A stretch of DNA of 64,000 nt from a virus: the IMG/VR virus record IMGVR_UViG_3300028840_002691, positions 32,001 to 96,000 of that record; one strand, written 5' to 3'. Within the stretch, counting starts at the first letter, position 1. Every line of letters starts with the position of its first letter. Under the pieces are notes generated by a model, which worked only from the letters and a program-made list of their open reading frames with translations, was not told the origin of the DNA and ran no database searches. The translations under genes were made by a program, and so were the position numbers. Shown here piece after piece: positions 18,535 through 27,488 of the stretch.

Positions 18535-18858
18535 ATGGCTGTAACAGCAGTTTGCAACGCTAACGTTATTCACGTTACAAATCTCAATGCGGATTGGGCC
18601 TGGTCTACGACCTTGCCAGCGAGAGGCAGTGGAATACGGGTAGAGAGCATACAGTTTAACCCGACTGCCGCCTCTGATAGGTGTGTTATGCTGGATGGGG
18701 CCAGTGGTACCACCATAATGGATGTCACCTGCGCTGATACAACCGATTCCAGGGTGAAGTATTTCTATGGGCAGAAGTTGAGGCCTGTTTTTGACTTCTC
18801 GCAGAGCGTTATCAGTGGCACTTCCACCGACGGTCACATTATCATCATGACGAGGTAA
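18535..18858 (+). CDS. Small putative virion (head decoration) protein
   Basis: AGGAG RBS. Beta-rich and located in the head module. Confidence 0.55.
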   Translation: MAVTAVCNANVIHVTNLNADWAWSTTLPARGSGIRVESIQFNPTAASDRCVMLDGASGTTIMDVTCADTTDSRVKYFYGQKLRPVFDFSQSVISGTSTDGHIIIMTR

Positions 18859-18888
18859 GGCAGCTGGTGATTCTGTTGAAAGGGCTAA

Positions 18889-19947
18889 ATGGCAAAGACA
18901 GCGAATGAGATCTTTAGGGACTGGCTCTTACGTCACTCACACTACTTGGGCAGGGTTGAAAATGGGGCAATCCGCGAGATGGTTGCTCCGTACCAGCGAG
19001 CGAGGCAGGAGATATATGACAGGCTGGCAGATCAAGCAAAATGGACAGGCAGGACACGAGAATGGAGAATAGCACGGCTCAATGCTCAGCTTGCGGAGGT
19101 GGAGGGTGCTCTGCAGGCTGCGGCGCTGGACTCGGCTGGCTCACTGCAGCAGACTCTGAGGGAGCTGGCCTATACGGAGGCCGACCTGCAGGCTGCGATG
19201 CTTGCTGGGCCATTTGGACGGGTGGGGGTGGATATCGTCAGCCTGCCCTATGCGCAAATAGAGCAGATACTGGACGAACCGTTGATATACCAATACAGGG
19301 GCATGACTCCAGCAGACAGTATGCTCTGGGGCAACAAGAAGGCTGTTGACGCTATGAGGCAGGAGCTGACACAGGCTGTTATTTCTGGGGAGGATATGGC
19401 TAGGGCTTCTAAAAGACTTGTGAACCCACTGACTGCAACTATGAAAGGTGTTGCCTACGAACAAATAGCACGGAGGGCGACGATAATAGCACGCTCTGAG
19501 ATAATGCACGTGAGTAACTCGGTGTCCAGAAGGGTCTTTAACGAGAACCAGGACGTCATGAAGGGCTGCATGTACACAGCCACTCTTGACAGGAGGACTT
19601 GTTTGATCTGCGCTTCTGACGATGGTCGGTTCTTTCCATACAAGGACGGCATCGATCACGAAGGTCCACTTTTGCCTAGGCATCCGCTGTGTCGGTGCTG
19701 TTACAGCCCCGTGACTAAATCCTGGACTGAACTCGGCGCAGACGCTAAAACTCAGACAGGCAAGGATTACTTCTCAGGCAAGAGGCCAGAGGTGATCACC
19801 TACAGTGACTGGCTGAAGAAGCAGCCTGATGATGTGCTGAAGGAGATACTTGGGCCTGCAAGAATGAAGCTCTGGAAGGAAGGCAAGATCACTCTTTCCA
19901 AGATGGCTACTGACAAGAAAGTGATTGCTGTAAAGGATTTGAAATAA
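18889..19947 (+). CDS. Minor head morphogenesis protein (SPP1 gp7/Mu gpF family)
   Basis: IARSE, ATLDRRTCLICASDDG, PRHPLCRC, TYSDWLKKQ, ILGPAR. Confidence 0.9.
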   Translation: MAKTANEIFRDWLLRHSHYLGRVENGAIREMVAPYQRARQEIYDRLADQAKWTGRTREWRIARLNAQLAEVEGALQAAALDSAGSLQQTLRELAYTEADLQAAMLAGPFGRVGVDIVSLPYAQIEQILDEPLIYQYRGMTPADSMLWGNKKAVDAMRQELTQAVISGEDMARASKRLVNPLTATMKGVAYEQIARRATIIARSEIMHVSNSVSRRVFNENQDVMKGCMYTATLDRRTCLICASDDGRFFPYKDGIDHEGPLLPRHPLCRCCYSPVTKSWTELGADAKTQTGKDYFSGKRPEVITYSDWLKKQPDDVLKEILGPARMKLWKEGKITLSKMATDKKVIAVKDLK

Positions 19948-19979
19948 TGCCAGTCCACACAGGAAAAGACAACAATTAA

Positions 19980-20885
19980 ATGATTAAAAAGAAAAAATAT
20001 CGTAAACTCAAAATGAGACTTTGCCAATGTGGATGCGGCCAAGCTTGCTATAATAGATTTGTCAAAGGTCATGCAAATAAAGGTAAAAAATTTTCCAAGC
20101 TACATAAAGATAGAATAGCTATCTCTCATAAGAAAAGATCCAAAGAAACAAGTAGACGTGTAAAAGCTCAATGGGAGGATGATAATTATAGAAGTAGAAT
20201 TTGTAAATCTATGAGTATTTATGCTCAAAATAGATCTAATCACCATAAATTTAATTTACAAAAATCTATTTCGACAGAGGAATGTAAAAATAAACAATCT
20301 ATTGAGGCTAAAAGACGGTGGAAAGATCCTGATTATCGGAATAGAGTGTCTTTAGGGGTATCACAATCTGTTAAAAAAAATTGGGATGATAATCCTGACA
20401 GGAAAATTAAAACTAGCAGAAGGATGAAAGAACTGTGGGCTGATCCAGATAGTATTTATAATTCAGATTGGTTTCATAATATGAATTCTAAGAAAGTAAC
20501 TAATTTGTATATTGAAGGTAAACTTTGCAAAGTTGGCAAAGGTAAATCAGGCTATTTCTTTTCCAAAAAGAACAATAAAAAACTTTGGTATAGATCTTCT
20601 TACGAATTAATAGCTTATGAATTGTTAGAACAATTATCTAAAGTGAAAAGTTATGAAGTAGAACCATTTAGTATTCAATATGAATGGAAAAATTCAATCC
20701 ATAGAACTATACCAGATATTTTGGTTACTTATATTGATAATAGTAAGGAATTAATTGAAGTTAAACCACGTTTTAAATTTGATATTAAGAAAGAACAGAT
20801 TAAATTAAATGCTATGAAAGAATATGCAGAAAATCAAGATTGGTCTTTTTCTATATGGTCTGAAAAGGAATTAGATGCCGGTTGA
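19980..20885 (+). CDS. Free-standing homing-type endonuclease (CxCGCG + NUMOD-like repeats + TnsA-like PD-(D/E)xK domain)
   Basis: CQCGCG, YRSSYE, YEVEPF...IPDILV...LIEVKP. Markedly AT-rich compared with its flanks. Confidence 0.8.
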   Translation: MIKKKKYRKLKMRLCQCGCGQACYNRFVKGHANKGKKFSKLHKDRIAISHKKRSKETSRRVKAQWEDDNYRSRICKSMSIYAQNRSNHHKFNLQKSISTEECKNKQSIEAKRRWKDPDYRNRVSLGVSQSVKKNWDDNPDRKIKTSRRMKELWADPDSIYNSDWFHNMNSKKVTNLYIEGKLCKVGKGKSGYFFSKKNNKKLWYRSSYELIAYELLEQLSKVKSYEVEPFSIQYEWKNSIHRTIPDILVTYIDNSKELIEVKPRFKFDIKKEQIKLNAMKEYAENQDWSFSIWSEKELDAG

Positions 20886-21381
20886 GGTTGGTAATGATAG
20901 TAGGGGATGTTTTGCAAGATGGGGTAATAGCGGGAAGAAGTACTACTACTCATGCGGCAACACAGCAGCCATGGACAAGGCCAAGCAAAAGGCTCATATA
21001 CAGGGTGCAGCAATAGGAAAGGAAACAATGAAGGAAGCTGAACTCAAAGAAGCAGAACTTGAACTCACAGCGGAAGGCTATCTGGTTGAGGCCACAAGGC
21101 CACAGGACAAGCCAGGTGGCTCCAGTGTGGGCAAGTACAAAGGGGTGAAGACATTTTGTGGGCCAGCCGGAGGAGCACCAAAGGGCAGCTTTCCGGTGAA
21201 TACTCGTAAACGAGCGGTCGCGGCATTGGCCTATGCACGCAACGCTCCCAACCCAGCAGGCATAAAGGCTTGCGTCTGTAGGCACTATCCGGATCTGCCT
21301 GCCTGCAAGAAGAAGGCAACGGCTAGTGAGAAACCTGATCTAATCGTGGAGGCAATAAGCAGAGGGAACTGGAATGGCTAA
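20875..21381 (+). CDS. Head-module hypothetical protein
   Basis: MPV...RWGNSGKKYYY and FCGPAGGAPKGSFPVNTRKRAVAALAYAR motifs, of a type seen in phage head modules. Confidence 0.7.
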   Translation: MPVEVGNDSRGCFARWGNSGKKYYYSCGNTAAMDKAKQKAHIQGAAIGKETMKEAELKEAELELTAEGYLVEATRPQDKPGGSSVGKYKGVKTFCGPAGGAPKGSFPVNTRKRAVAALAYARNAPNPAGIKACVCRHYPDLPACKKKATASEKPDLIVEAISRGNWNG

Positions 21382-21819
21382 GTGCTTATGCAGTTATGGT
21401 TGTGGTAGGGTTGGAAGATATTTGTTCAAGAATGGCAAATGGTGTTGTGAGAAAAATGCTGCACAGTGTCCAGTTTCACCGAGGAGCACCAACATAAAAT
21501 GAGAAAGGCATTTTCACTTAAACCGAACAAACCAGAAAGGAAGTTAAATCGGATCTTACAAAAAATGTTTCCAAATGAGTATAGATATGTTGGTGACTTC
21601 CAATTTTTTCTTGGTGGGAAGAACCCAGACTTTATGAATATAAACGGACAGAAAAAGTTGATTGAAGTTTTTGGCGATTATTGGCACAGAAATGATAATC
21701 CTGAAGACAGGATAAATCATTTCAAAAAATATGGCTTTAGCACTTTGGTTATTTGGCAAAGAGAATTAGAGAATAAGGAACATTTGGTGAAAACTTTAAC
21801 TGAATTTCATAAGAGGTAA
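21374..21819 (+). pseudogene. Broken Vsr/DUF559-like homing endonuclease
   Basis: A 42-aa CSYGCG...WCC...CP zinc domain (21374-21502) is out of frame with the nuclease part (PNKPE...KNPDF...LIEVFGDYWH...TLVIWQ). Confidence 0.7.
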
Positions 21820-21824
21820 GGGGA

Positions 21825-23225
21825 ATGGATAAAAAAGTTTTACAAACAAGGGAGATGACTGAGGAAGTAGAAGCCCCTTTTTCTGCTGTAACTGAAGCAG
21901 GTATAGATACTGATAACCACATGCTTAGCGGTGTGTGTATTTTTGGGACTAAAAAGAGCAAAAACAATCGTATCTATACAAACAAAGCAGTAGAATCTCT
22001 GGCTTCTCTTACAGAGGGAGCAAAATGTTATGTTGACCATCCTACACATGACGAGTTAAAGCAGCGGGACGGAACTCGTTCGATTAAGGACTGGATCGGT
22101 GTGTTTGAATCTTCTAGAAGGCAGGGAGACAAAGTTTTTGCAAACCTTCGCTGTAGAGAAGCATATTTCGATCTCCTTAAGGACGTTGCGTTACTCCAGC
22201 CTAAAGGCGTCGGAATGAGTATTAATGCTCGTGTAAAGGTTTTTGCTGATGAAAAGGGCATGGAAAGTGTTGAAGATATTGATTTTTTGAAGTCGGCAGA
22301 TTTAGTTTCGTCAGCGGCCTGCACATCTTCTATCTGGGAGGGTCTACAAGAAAAAGTAGAAGAAGAGAACAATAAACCTGAACAAAGGGAACGTCTTGTC
22401 ATTGTGCCCGAGGCAGTGGAGCGGAACGTTGAGTTGCTCTTCGTGCAGGAGGGCATCATACAGGACAAGTTGAACAATGACAAAATCAGAAGCGAGATAA
22501 ACGATATCGCTTACACGGCCAACAGGCTCATAGAAAATATCGTTTACGACGAGAAGCTCTCAATCACTGACAAGAAGAAGAAGGTGATCGCAGTGTTTGA
22601 CGACCTGAGCAAGGAAGTCAAGAAGAGGGTTTCTGGAATCAAGGAGTCTAAGGACTACTACGAAGAGGAGGATGAAGAGATGGATCTAAATAAACTGAAG
22701 ACTGAACATCAGGACCTTGTCGAGGCAATCATCGCTGAGTACAAGGAGACCGAAGAGGTCAAGAGCATGAAAGCTGATCTCTCCGAGGCCCAGGATCAAC
22801 TGAAGGCCAAGGACGAGACCATTGAAACACAAACCAAACAGATCGAGGAGCTCAAGAAAGAGAACACCGATCTGAAGACTCGTATGGACGAGATTGAGCT
22901 TCAGGAGAAGGTCTCCGAGAAGAAAGATCTCATGAACCGCCTCATCAAGGAAGCACAGCTCAAGGACGAGTATGTGTCCGACATCTTCATGGCTAACCTT
23001 ATGGCCCTGGAGGAGTACAAGAACGATGAGGAAGAGGCTGTTACGGTCGAAGAGCAGGCCAAGGCCATGATCACCGACCGCAAGCAGCTGGCCGAGAGCG
23101 GCTCCGGCAAGGTCAAGGGCTCAGGTGACGAATTCACAGAGGGGAACGAGGACGAAAAAGAGAAAGCCCAAAAGGTCACCGAGCAGGATGTGGATGACTT
23201 TGCTGGCAAGATCAACAAACGCTAA
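21825..23225 (+). CDS. Prohead protease / scaffold fusion
   Basis: SKNNRIY, YVDHP, GMSINA and ADLVSSAA define a protease domain, followed by an acidic coiled coil. Confidence 0.8.
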   Translation: MDKKVLQTREMTEEVEAPFSAVTEAGIDTDNHMLSGVCIFGTKKSKNNRIYTNKAVESLASLTEGAKCYVDHPTHDELKQRDGTRSIKDWIGVFESSRRQGDKVFANLRCREAYFDLLKDVALLQPKGVGMSINARVKVFADEKGMESVEDIDFLKSADLVSSAACTSSIWEGLQEKVEEENNKPEQRERLVIVPEAVERNVELLFVQEGIIQDKLNNDKIRSEINDIAYTANRLIENIVYDEKLSITDKKKKVIAVFDDLSKEVKKRVSGIKESKDYYEEEDEEMDLNKLKTEHQDLVEAIIAEYKETEEVKSMKADLSEAQDQLKAKDETIETQTKQIEELKKENTDLKTRMDEIELQEKVSEKKDLMNRLIKEAQLKDEYVSDIFMANLMALEEYKNDEEEAVTVEEQAKAMITDRKQLAESGSGKVKGSGDEFTEGNEDEKEKAQKVTEQDVDDFAGKINKR

Positions 23226-23276
23226 ACCACACTGGATAGATACTCTCTTAATAGGGGATACTATCTCTGTTATTCG

Positions 23277-23969
23277 GTATCGTGGTTTAAGTGATTCTAT
23301 TCTAGGAGGTTGAAAGAAACGACTATGTCAGGAAACAACAGACATCTCAGAGGAGATGTAAACGCTATCAAGATGCCCGTCCACGGCGCTACGGTTGTGG
23401 AGCCTGGGGATTTGCTGGTCTACGGTGGCGATACAAACATCTGGACCGCTCACAGCGACTCCAGGGCCGACTACTATGCGTATCCGGTCAGCGGCATCAC
23501 CGGCTCAGCTGGTATGGGCGGCACGGGAACGCTTTGCATCGCTAAGAACCATTTCTGCGGCATTGCCCTGTCAGGTTCGAAGAGTGGCACCACAGAGGAC
23601 ATCACGGTGGCTCTTACGGGTACGTTCCGCTATCCGCTGCGCAACATACCAGGCAAGGACGGCTCCAAGACCTGCGGCACCACAGTGGGGCTGAAGGTAT
23701 CGATGGTGACTCCGGCCTCCGTCACGGTGGCTGGGCCTTCGGACCAGGCTGTGTGCATCGCTACTCACAGCGGCACCAGTGCCTACATCGGCTACTGCAT
23801 TATGAACAGCAGCGGCGGTGGCACAAAGGGTGGTACCAGCTATGTGGACTTCGTGCTGAAGAGCAAGTGGGGTCTTGGGCTGGCTACCTAAGCAGTGAAG
23901 AATAGGTACTTAATAGGAGATGCTTTTTCTATTCAAGTATCGTGGTTTAAGTGATTCTATTCTAGGAGG
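23277..23969 (+). repeat. Duplicated 33-bp leader/RBS (23277-23309, 23937-23969)
   Basis: GTATCGTGGTTTAAGTGATTCTATTCTAGGAGG is identical in both copies, with further similarity upstream. Confidence 0.9.
23325..23891 (+). CDS. Capsid decoration/cement-like protein, paralog 1
   Basis: Lies between the scaffold and MCP genes. Motifs VEPGDL, FCGIAL, VALTGTFRYPL. Confidence 0.65.
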   Translation: MSGNNRHLRGDVNAIKMPVHGATVVEPGDLLVYGGDTNIWTAHSDSRADYYAYPVSGITGSAGMGGTGTLCIAKNHFCGIALSGSKSGTTEDITVALTGTFRYPLRNIPGKDGSKTCGTTVGLKVSMVTPASVTVAGPSDQAVCIATHSGTSAYIGYCIMNSSGGGTKGGTSYVDFVLKSKWGLGLAT

Positions 23970-23977
23970 AAAAGAAA

Positions 23978-24565
23978 ATGTCAGGAAACAACCGATATCT
24001 CAAAGGAGATATCAATTCAATTAAGCTACCAGTCCACGGAGCCACTGTGGTGGAACCTGGTGACTTGCTTATATTGGGAGCTACTACGGAGACCCAACAG
24101 CACCGTAAAGCAGAGGGTGTGGCTGATTACTATGCGTATCCGTTCAGCGGTGTCACCCGTGAAACTGGTGAGGGAGTCATCCGACTCTGTAAGAACTGGT
24201 TCATCGGTGTGGCGATGAGCGGCTCGGCAAGTGGCACTACCAATGAGGTTACAGTGGCCACTTCGGGCATGTTCCGCTATCCGCTGCGTAACATTACTGC
24301 CAAAGAGGGTGCTTTGACCTGCGGCACAACGGTTGGCTACATAGTCAGTGCTGCTACGCCTACGGCTTCCACAACGAGTGGCTGTTCGGCGCAGGCGGTA
24401 ATGATCCAAGGCCATGGCGGGGCGTCGGCTGCTGTTGATGGTGGTTCTACTGCCTTCTTAGGCTACTGTGTGATCACCAAGCCAGCAGGCACCAAGACTG
24501 GCGGCGCAAGCTATGTGGACTTCACTATCAGGACCAAGTACGGGCCTGGAGGACTGGTAACGTAA
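23978..24565 (+). CDS. Capsid decoration/cement-like protein, paralog 2
   Basis: Closely similar to 23325-23891. Confidence 0.65.
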   Translation: MSGNNRYLKGDINSIKLPVHGATVVEPGDLLILGATTETQQHRKAEGVADYYAYPFSGVTRETGEGVIRLCKNWFIGVAMSGSASGTTNEVTVATSGMFRYPLRNITAKEGALTCGTTVGYIVSAATPTASTTSGCSAQAVMIQGHGGASAAVDGGSTAFLGYCVITKPAGTKTGGASYVDFTIRTKYGPGGLVT

Positions 24566-24569
24566 GAAG

Positions 24570-25088
24570 ATGGCTAATGTTCAACGCTGGGACCACGGAG
24601 CAAAGCATGTAATTCACGTCACTGTGAAAAGTGGCACCACCGTGGAGACGGGGGACTTGATGTTCCTGGATGACACTGACGGTCTGCGTGAGGAGGGCGC
24701 TTCCACAGCAGACTTCAGCGCTTACCCTATGGAGCACCTGAGGCCGTCGGCAACTCTCAGCACAAACAAAGGCTACCTGGAAACGCGCTTTCTGGGTGTG
24801 GCATTGACCGACAAAGACGGTGGCACCAACAAGCCGCAGGAGGCAATGGCTATCGCCACGGGAGGTATTTTTGAGTTTGACCTCAAGCCAGCAAGAACTG
24901 TGAAGGTGGGTTACTATGCTGGGCCGTCGGGTACGACGAGCGGGTCAAACATGTTCAACCAGAAGATGATGGTTGAAGCAGAAGCAAATAAAGCCCACTG
25001 TTATGGATATTTCGTTGAGTACAAGACCCATGCCCAATCGGCTTTGGTCGAAATAAAAACGCAACATGGGGATGGGATGATATCGTAA
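24570..25088 (+). CDS. Capsid decoration/cement-like protein, paralog 3
   Basis: VETGDL, AYP, FLGVAL and IATGGIFEF match paralogs 1 and 2. Confidence 0.6.
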   Translation: MANVQRWDHGAKHVIHVTVKSGTTVETGDLMFLDDTDGLREEGASTADFSAYPMEHLRPSATLSTNKGYLETRFLGVALTDKDGGTNKPQEAMAIATGGIFEFDLKPARTVKVGYYAGPSGTTSGSNMFNQKMMVEAEANKAHCYGYFVEYKTHAQSALVEIKTQHGDGMIS

Positions 25089-25106
25089 CAAGGAGGGTAT
25101 AGAACA

Positions 25107-26183
25107 ATGGCACTAAATCCTACAGGTTCTCCGATCAAGGAGCTTGTGGAATCGAAAGGGGCGCAAGGTGCTCAGGAAGTGATCCGCGAGGGTCTGAAGC
25201 AGAAGAAGTTCCAGCCGGAGCACTTCTCACTTCAAGAGATCTGGGAAGCCACCTGCGGGCCTGTGAGTCAAATACAGGAGCAAGTGGTTGCGGACTCCTT
25301 TCCGAAGATCACCGGAGAGCTTATCAACGCAAAGATCATCGCTGGCTACGACAGCGTGGCGATGATTGGCGACCAGCTCTGCACCACGGTTCCAAGCAAG
25401 CTGAAGACCGAGACCGTAGCAGGCTTTACGGATGCTGAGGTTCCGGACTTCATTCCTGAAGCCGGAGAGTACAACGACTCCACAGTGACAGAGAAATACG
25501 TCACCATGCGCAATAAAAAGTATGGGAAGTTGATCTCCATCACCGAGGAGATGATCCTCTTCGATCAGTCTGGTCAGGTGATGACCAGAGCGCAGAGGAT
25601 CGGCGAGAAGGCAGCGCAGTACAGAGAGAAGACCATAGTGGAGGGCGTTCAGGACATCAACAGCTCAGTCTGGAACCCATCCGGCGTGGCTACGGCTTTC
25701 TACAGCGCCACCAACGGCAACCTCGCCACCAGCAACGCTTTCAATGAAGGCGGGCTGGAAGCCGTGCGCAAGCTGATGCAGCAGATGAAGGACGACTCCG
25801 AGCACAGCGACAGCAACGACTACATCCTCATCAACGAGGCCAACATGATCCTGTTGGTTCCTGTGGATCTGGAGCTTGAGGCGTGGCAGATGGTTAACTC
25901 TACTCTGACGCCCGAGTCGGCTGAGAATGCGTCCAACTTTTTCCGTGGGCGGTATCGGGTGCTGACCAGTCCTTACGTCACAAACCAAAGCGCCACCACG
26001 TGGTTCCTGGGCGACTTTAGGCAGGACTTCTGGTGGAGCGAGGTATGGCCGCTGCAGACATTTTCACGCGCGGCTGGCAACAGCGACGAGTTCAAGCGAG
26101 ACATCAAGAGCATGCACAAGGTCCGCTACTATGGCACGATCGGTGCCGTGGACGTAAGGCATAGCTTCAAATCTACTGCTTAA
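25107..26183 (+). CDS. Major capsid protein (Mu gpT-like, HK97 fold)
   Basis: 358 aa. Motifs KYGKLISITEEMILFD, LLVPVDLE, VLTSPY...TTWFLGD. Position after the protease gene. Confidence 0.88.
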   Translation: MALNPTGSPIKELVESKGAQGAQEVIREGLKQKKFQPEHFSLQEIWEATCGPVSQIQEQVVADSFPKITGELINAKIIAGYDSVAMIGDQLCTTVPSKLKTETVAGFTDAEVPDFIPEAGEYNDSTVTEKYVTMRNKKYGKLISITEEMILFDQSGQVMTRAQRIGEKAAQYREKTIVEGVQDINSSVWNPSGVATAFYSATNGNLATSNAFNEGGLEAVRKLMQQMKDDSEHSDSNDYILINEANMILLVPVDLELEAWQMVNSTLTPESAENASNFFRGRYRVLTSPYVTNQSATTWFLGDFRQDFWWSEVWPLQTFSRAAGNSDEFKRDIKSMHKVRYYGTIGAVDVRHSFKSTA

Positions 26184-26220
26184 TCTCGTGTAGCTGTGTG
26201 TTACACGTAGGCAAGAGAGA

Positions 26221-26290
26221 TAGGGAGGAGTTTTGTAGCCGGAACTTCACTCTGTGCGGCTGGGCTTCTTCTCCTTCCTAGTCTTTCTTT
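26221..26290 (+). terminator. Long hairpin after the MCP gene (terminator or stability element)
   Basis: TAGGGAGGAG...CTCCTTCCTA outer stem, TAGCCG/CGGCTG inner stem, T-rich tail. Confidence 0.5.
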
Positions 26291-26334
26291 ACAGCAATTA
26301 GAAGAAGACAACATAGCACGAGGAGGACTATATT

Positions 26335-26847
26335 ATGGCTAGACGAGGACCAGGACGAGGATCTCGCATGGGCAAGGGTGTGCTTTCGGGCAGCACTCTG
26401 GCTGTGCACCCGTCCGGCGTAACGATAGACAAACAGGGTATCGAGTATACTGCTGGTGTTGTTGTAACTCCAACTGAACTTGGTTACTTGGATGGGCAGG
26501 CGGGGTATGGGCTTGCTTATACTTCAGCAGCAGGGTACAGAATTGCCTATGGACTGACGGACTTCGCAGGCAGCGGCAAGCCTCTTGAAGGCACCCTGTC
26601 CGTGAGCAACGTGCTGTCCGTAGACACAGGGCTGACAACGGTGTTGGGTTTTTGGCCTAGCATTTATGATGCCACTTCTGACATGCACAAGCTGTCGGCA
26701 AGTGCATTTCTGACCTGGCAGAAGAACCTGACCACGACTTCAGAGGTGACGGTGATCTCTTTGATTGATGCTGGTGCGGCAGGCACAACGCCGTACTTCT
26801 TGTTCAATAAGGGAGTTTCCTGTTCGTGGATCGCTTTCGGCACATAA
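26335..26847 (+). CDS. Putative virion protein, paralog A
   Basis: Strong RBS. Arg/Gly-rich N-terminus, VDTGLTTV, C-terminal SWIAFGT. Confidence 0.7.
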   Translation: MARRGPGRGSRMGKGVLSGSTLAVHPSGVTIDKQGIEYTAGVVVTPTELGYLDGQAGYGLAYTSAAGYRIAYGLTDFAGSGKPLEGTLSVSNVLSVDTGLTTVLGFWPSIYDATSDMHKLSASAFLTWQKNLTTTSEVTVISLIDAGAAGTTPYFLFNKGVSCSWIAFGT

Positions 26848-26865
26848 TACAAGGAGGACTACATT

Positions 26866-27393
26866 ATGGCGAGTACATGGAGAAGAGGCCCTGGACGTGG
26901 ATCACGTATGGGCAAAGGTGTGCTTTCGGGCAGCACTCTCGCTGTGGTGCCTTCGGGTGTTACGATCGACAAACAGGGCATTGAGTATTCAGCAGGCACG
27001 TTCATAACACCTACTGAAATCGGATATCTAGACGGTCAGGCTGGCTACGGGGTCGCCTACACCACTGCGGCAGGGTACAGAGTGGCCTATGGGTTGACAG
27101 ATGTGGCTAACAGCGGTGTAAGCCAGGGCACTGGCTCTGTGAGCAGTATTCTGGAAGTGGCCACTGGGTTGACAACGGTGCTTGGCTTTTGGGGTAGTGT
27201 TTACGATGCCACTTCAGATATGCACAAGTCATCTGTTAGCATATACCTGGATTGGCAGAAGAACGCGACATACACTTCCAGGGTGACTGTGGTGACCGCT
27301 GTAGAGGCTGCTGCAGCTGGTACTGGTGGTGCAACTCCGTACAATTTGTTCAACACAGGGGTGTCACTGTCTTGGCTGGCTTTTGGGACATAA
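26866..27393 (+). CDS. Putative virion protein, paralog B
   Basis: Tandem near-duplicate of 26335-26847. Confidence 0.7.
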   Translation: MASTWRRGPGRGSRMGKGVLSGSTLAVVPSGVTIDKQGIEYSAGTFITPTEIGYLDGQAGYGVAYTTAAGYRVAYGLTDVANSGVSQGTGSVSSILEVATGLTTVLGFWGSVYDATSDMHKSSVSIYLDWQKNATYTSRVTVVTAVEAAAAGTGGATPYNLFNTGVSLSWLAFGT

Positions 27394-27401
27394 ACCACAG
27401 C

Positions 27402-27439
27402 GCAGAGAACCACAGTCTGTGCACACTGTGGTTCTCTGC
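27402..27439 (+). terminator. Perfect 15-bp hairpin
   Basis: GCAGAGAACCACAGT, 8-nt loop, ACTGTGGTTCTCTGC. Followed by AT-rich sequence. Confidence 0.65.
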
Positions 27440-27488
27440 TTAATATATATCTGAACTGCTGGTTGCATGTTTTTGAAGGGGGGCAAAA

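Noticed and set aside
19980-20885. Tn7-like transposon suggested by the TnsA-like domain
   Set aside because: There are no tnsB/tnsC genes or transposon ends. The architecture is that of a free-standing homing endonuclease.
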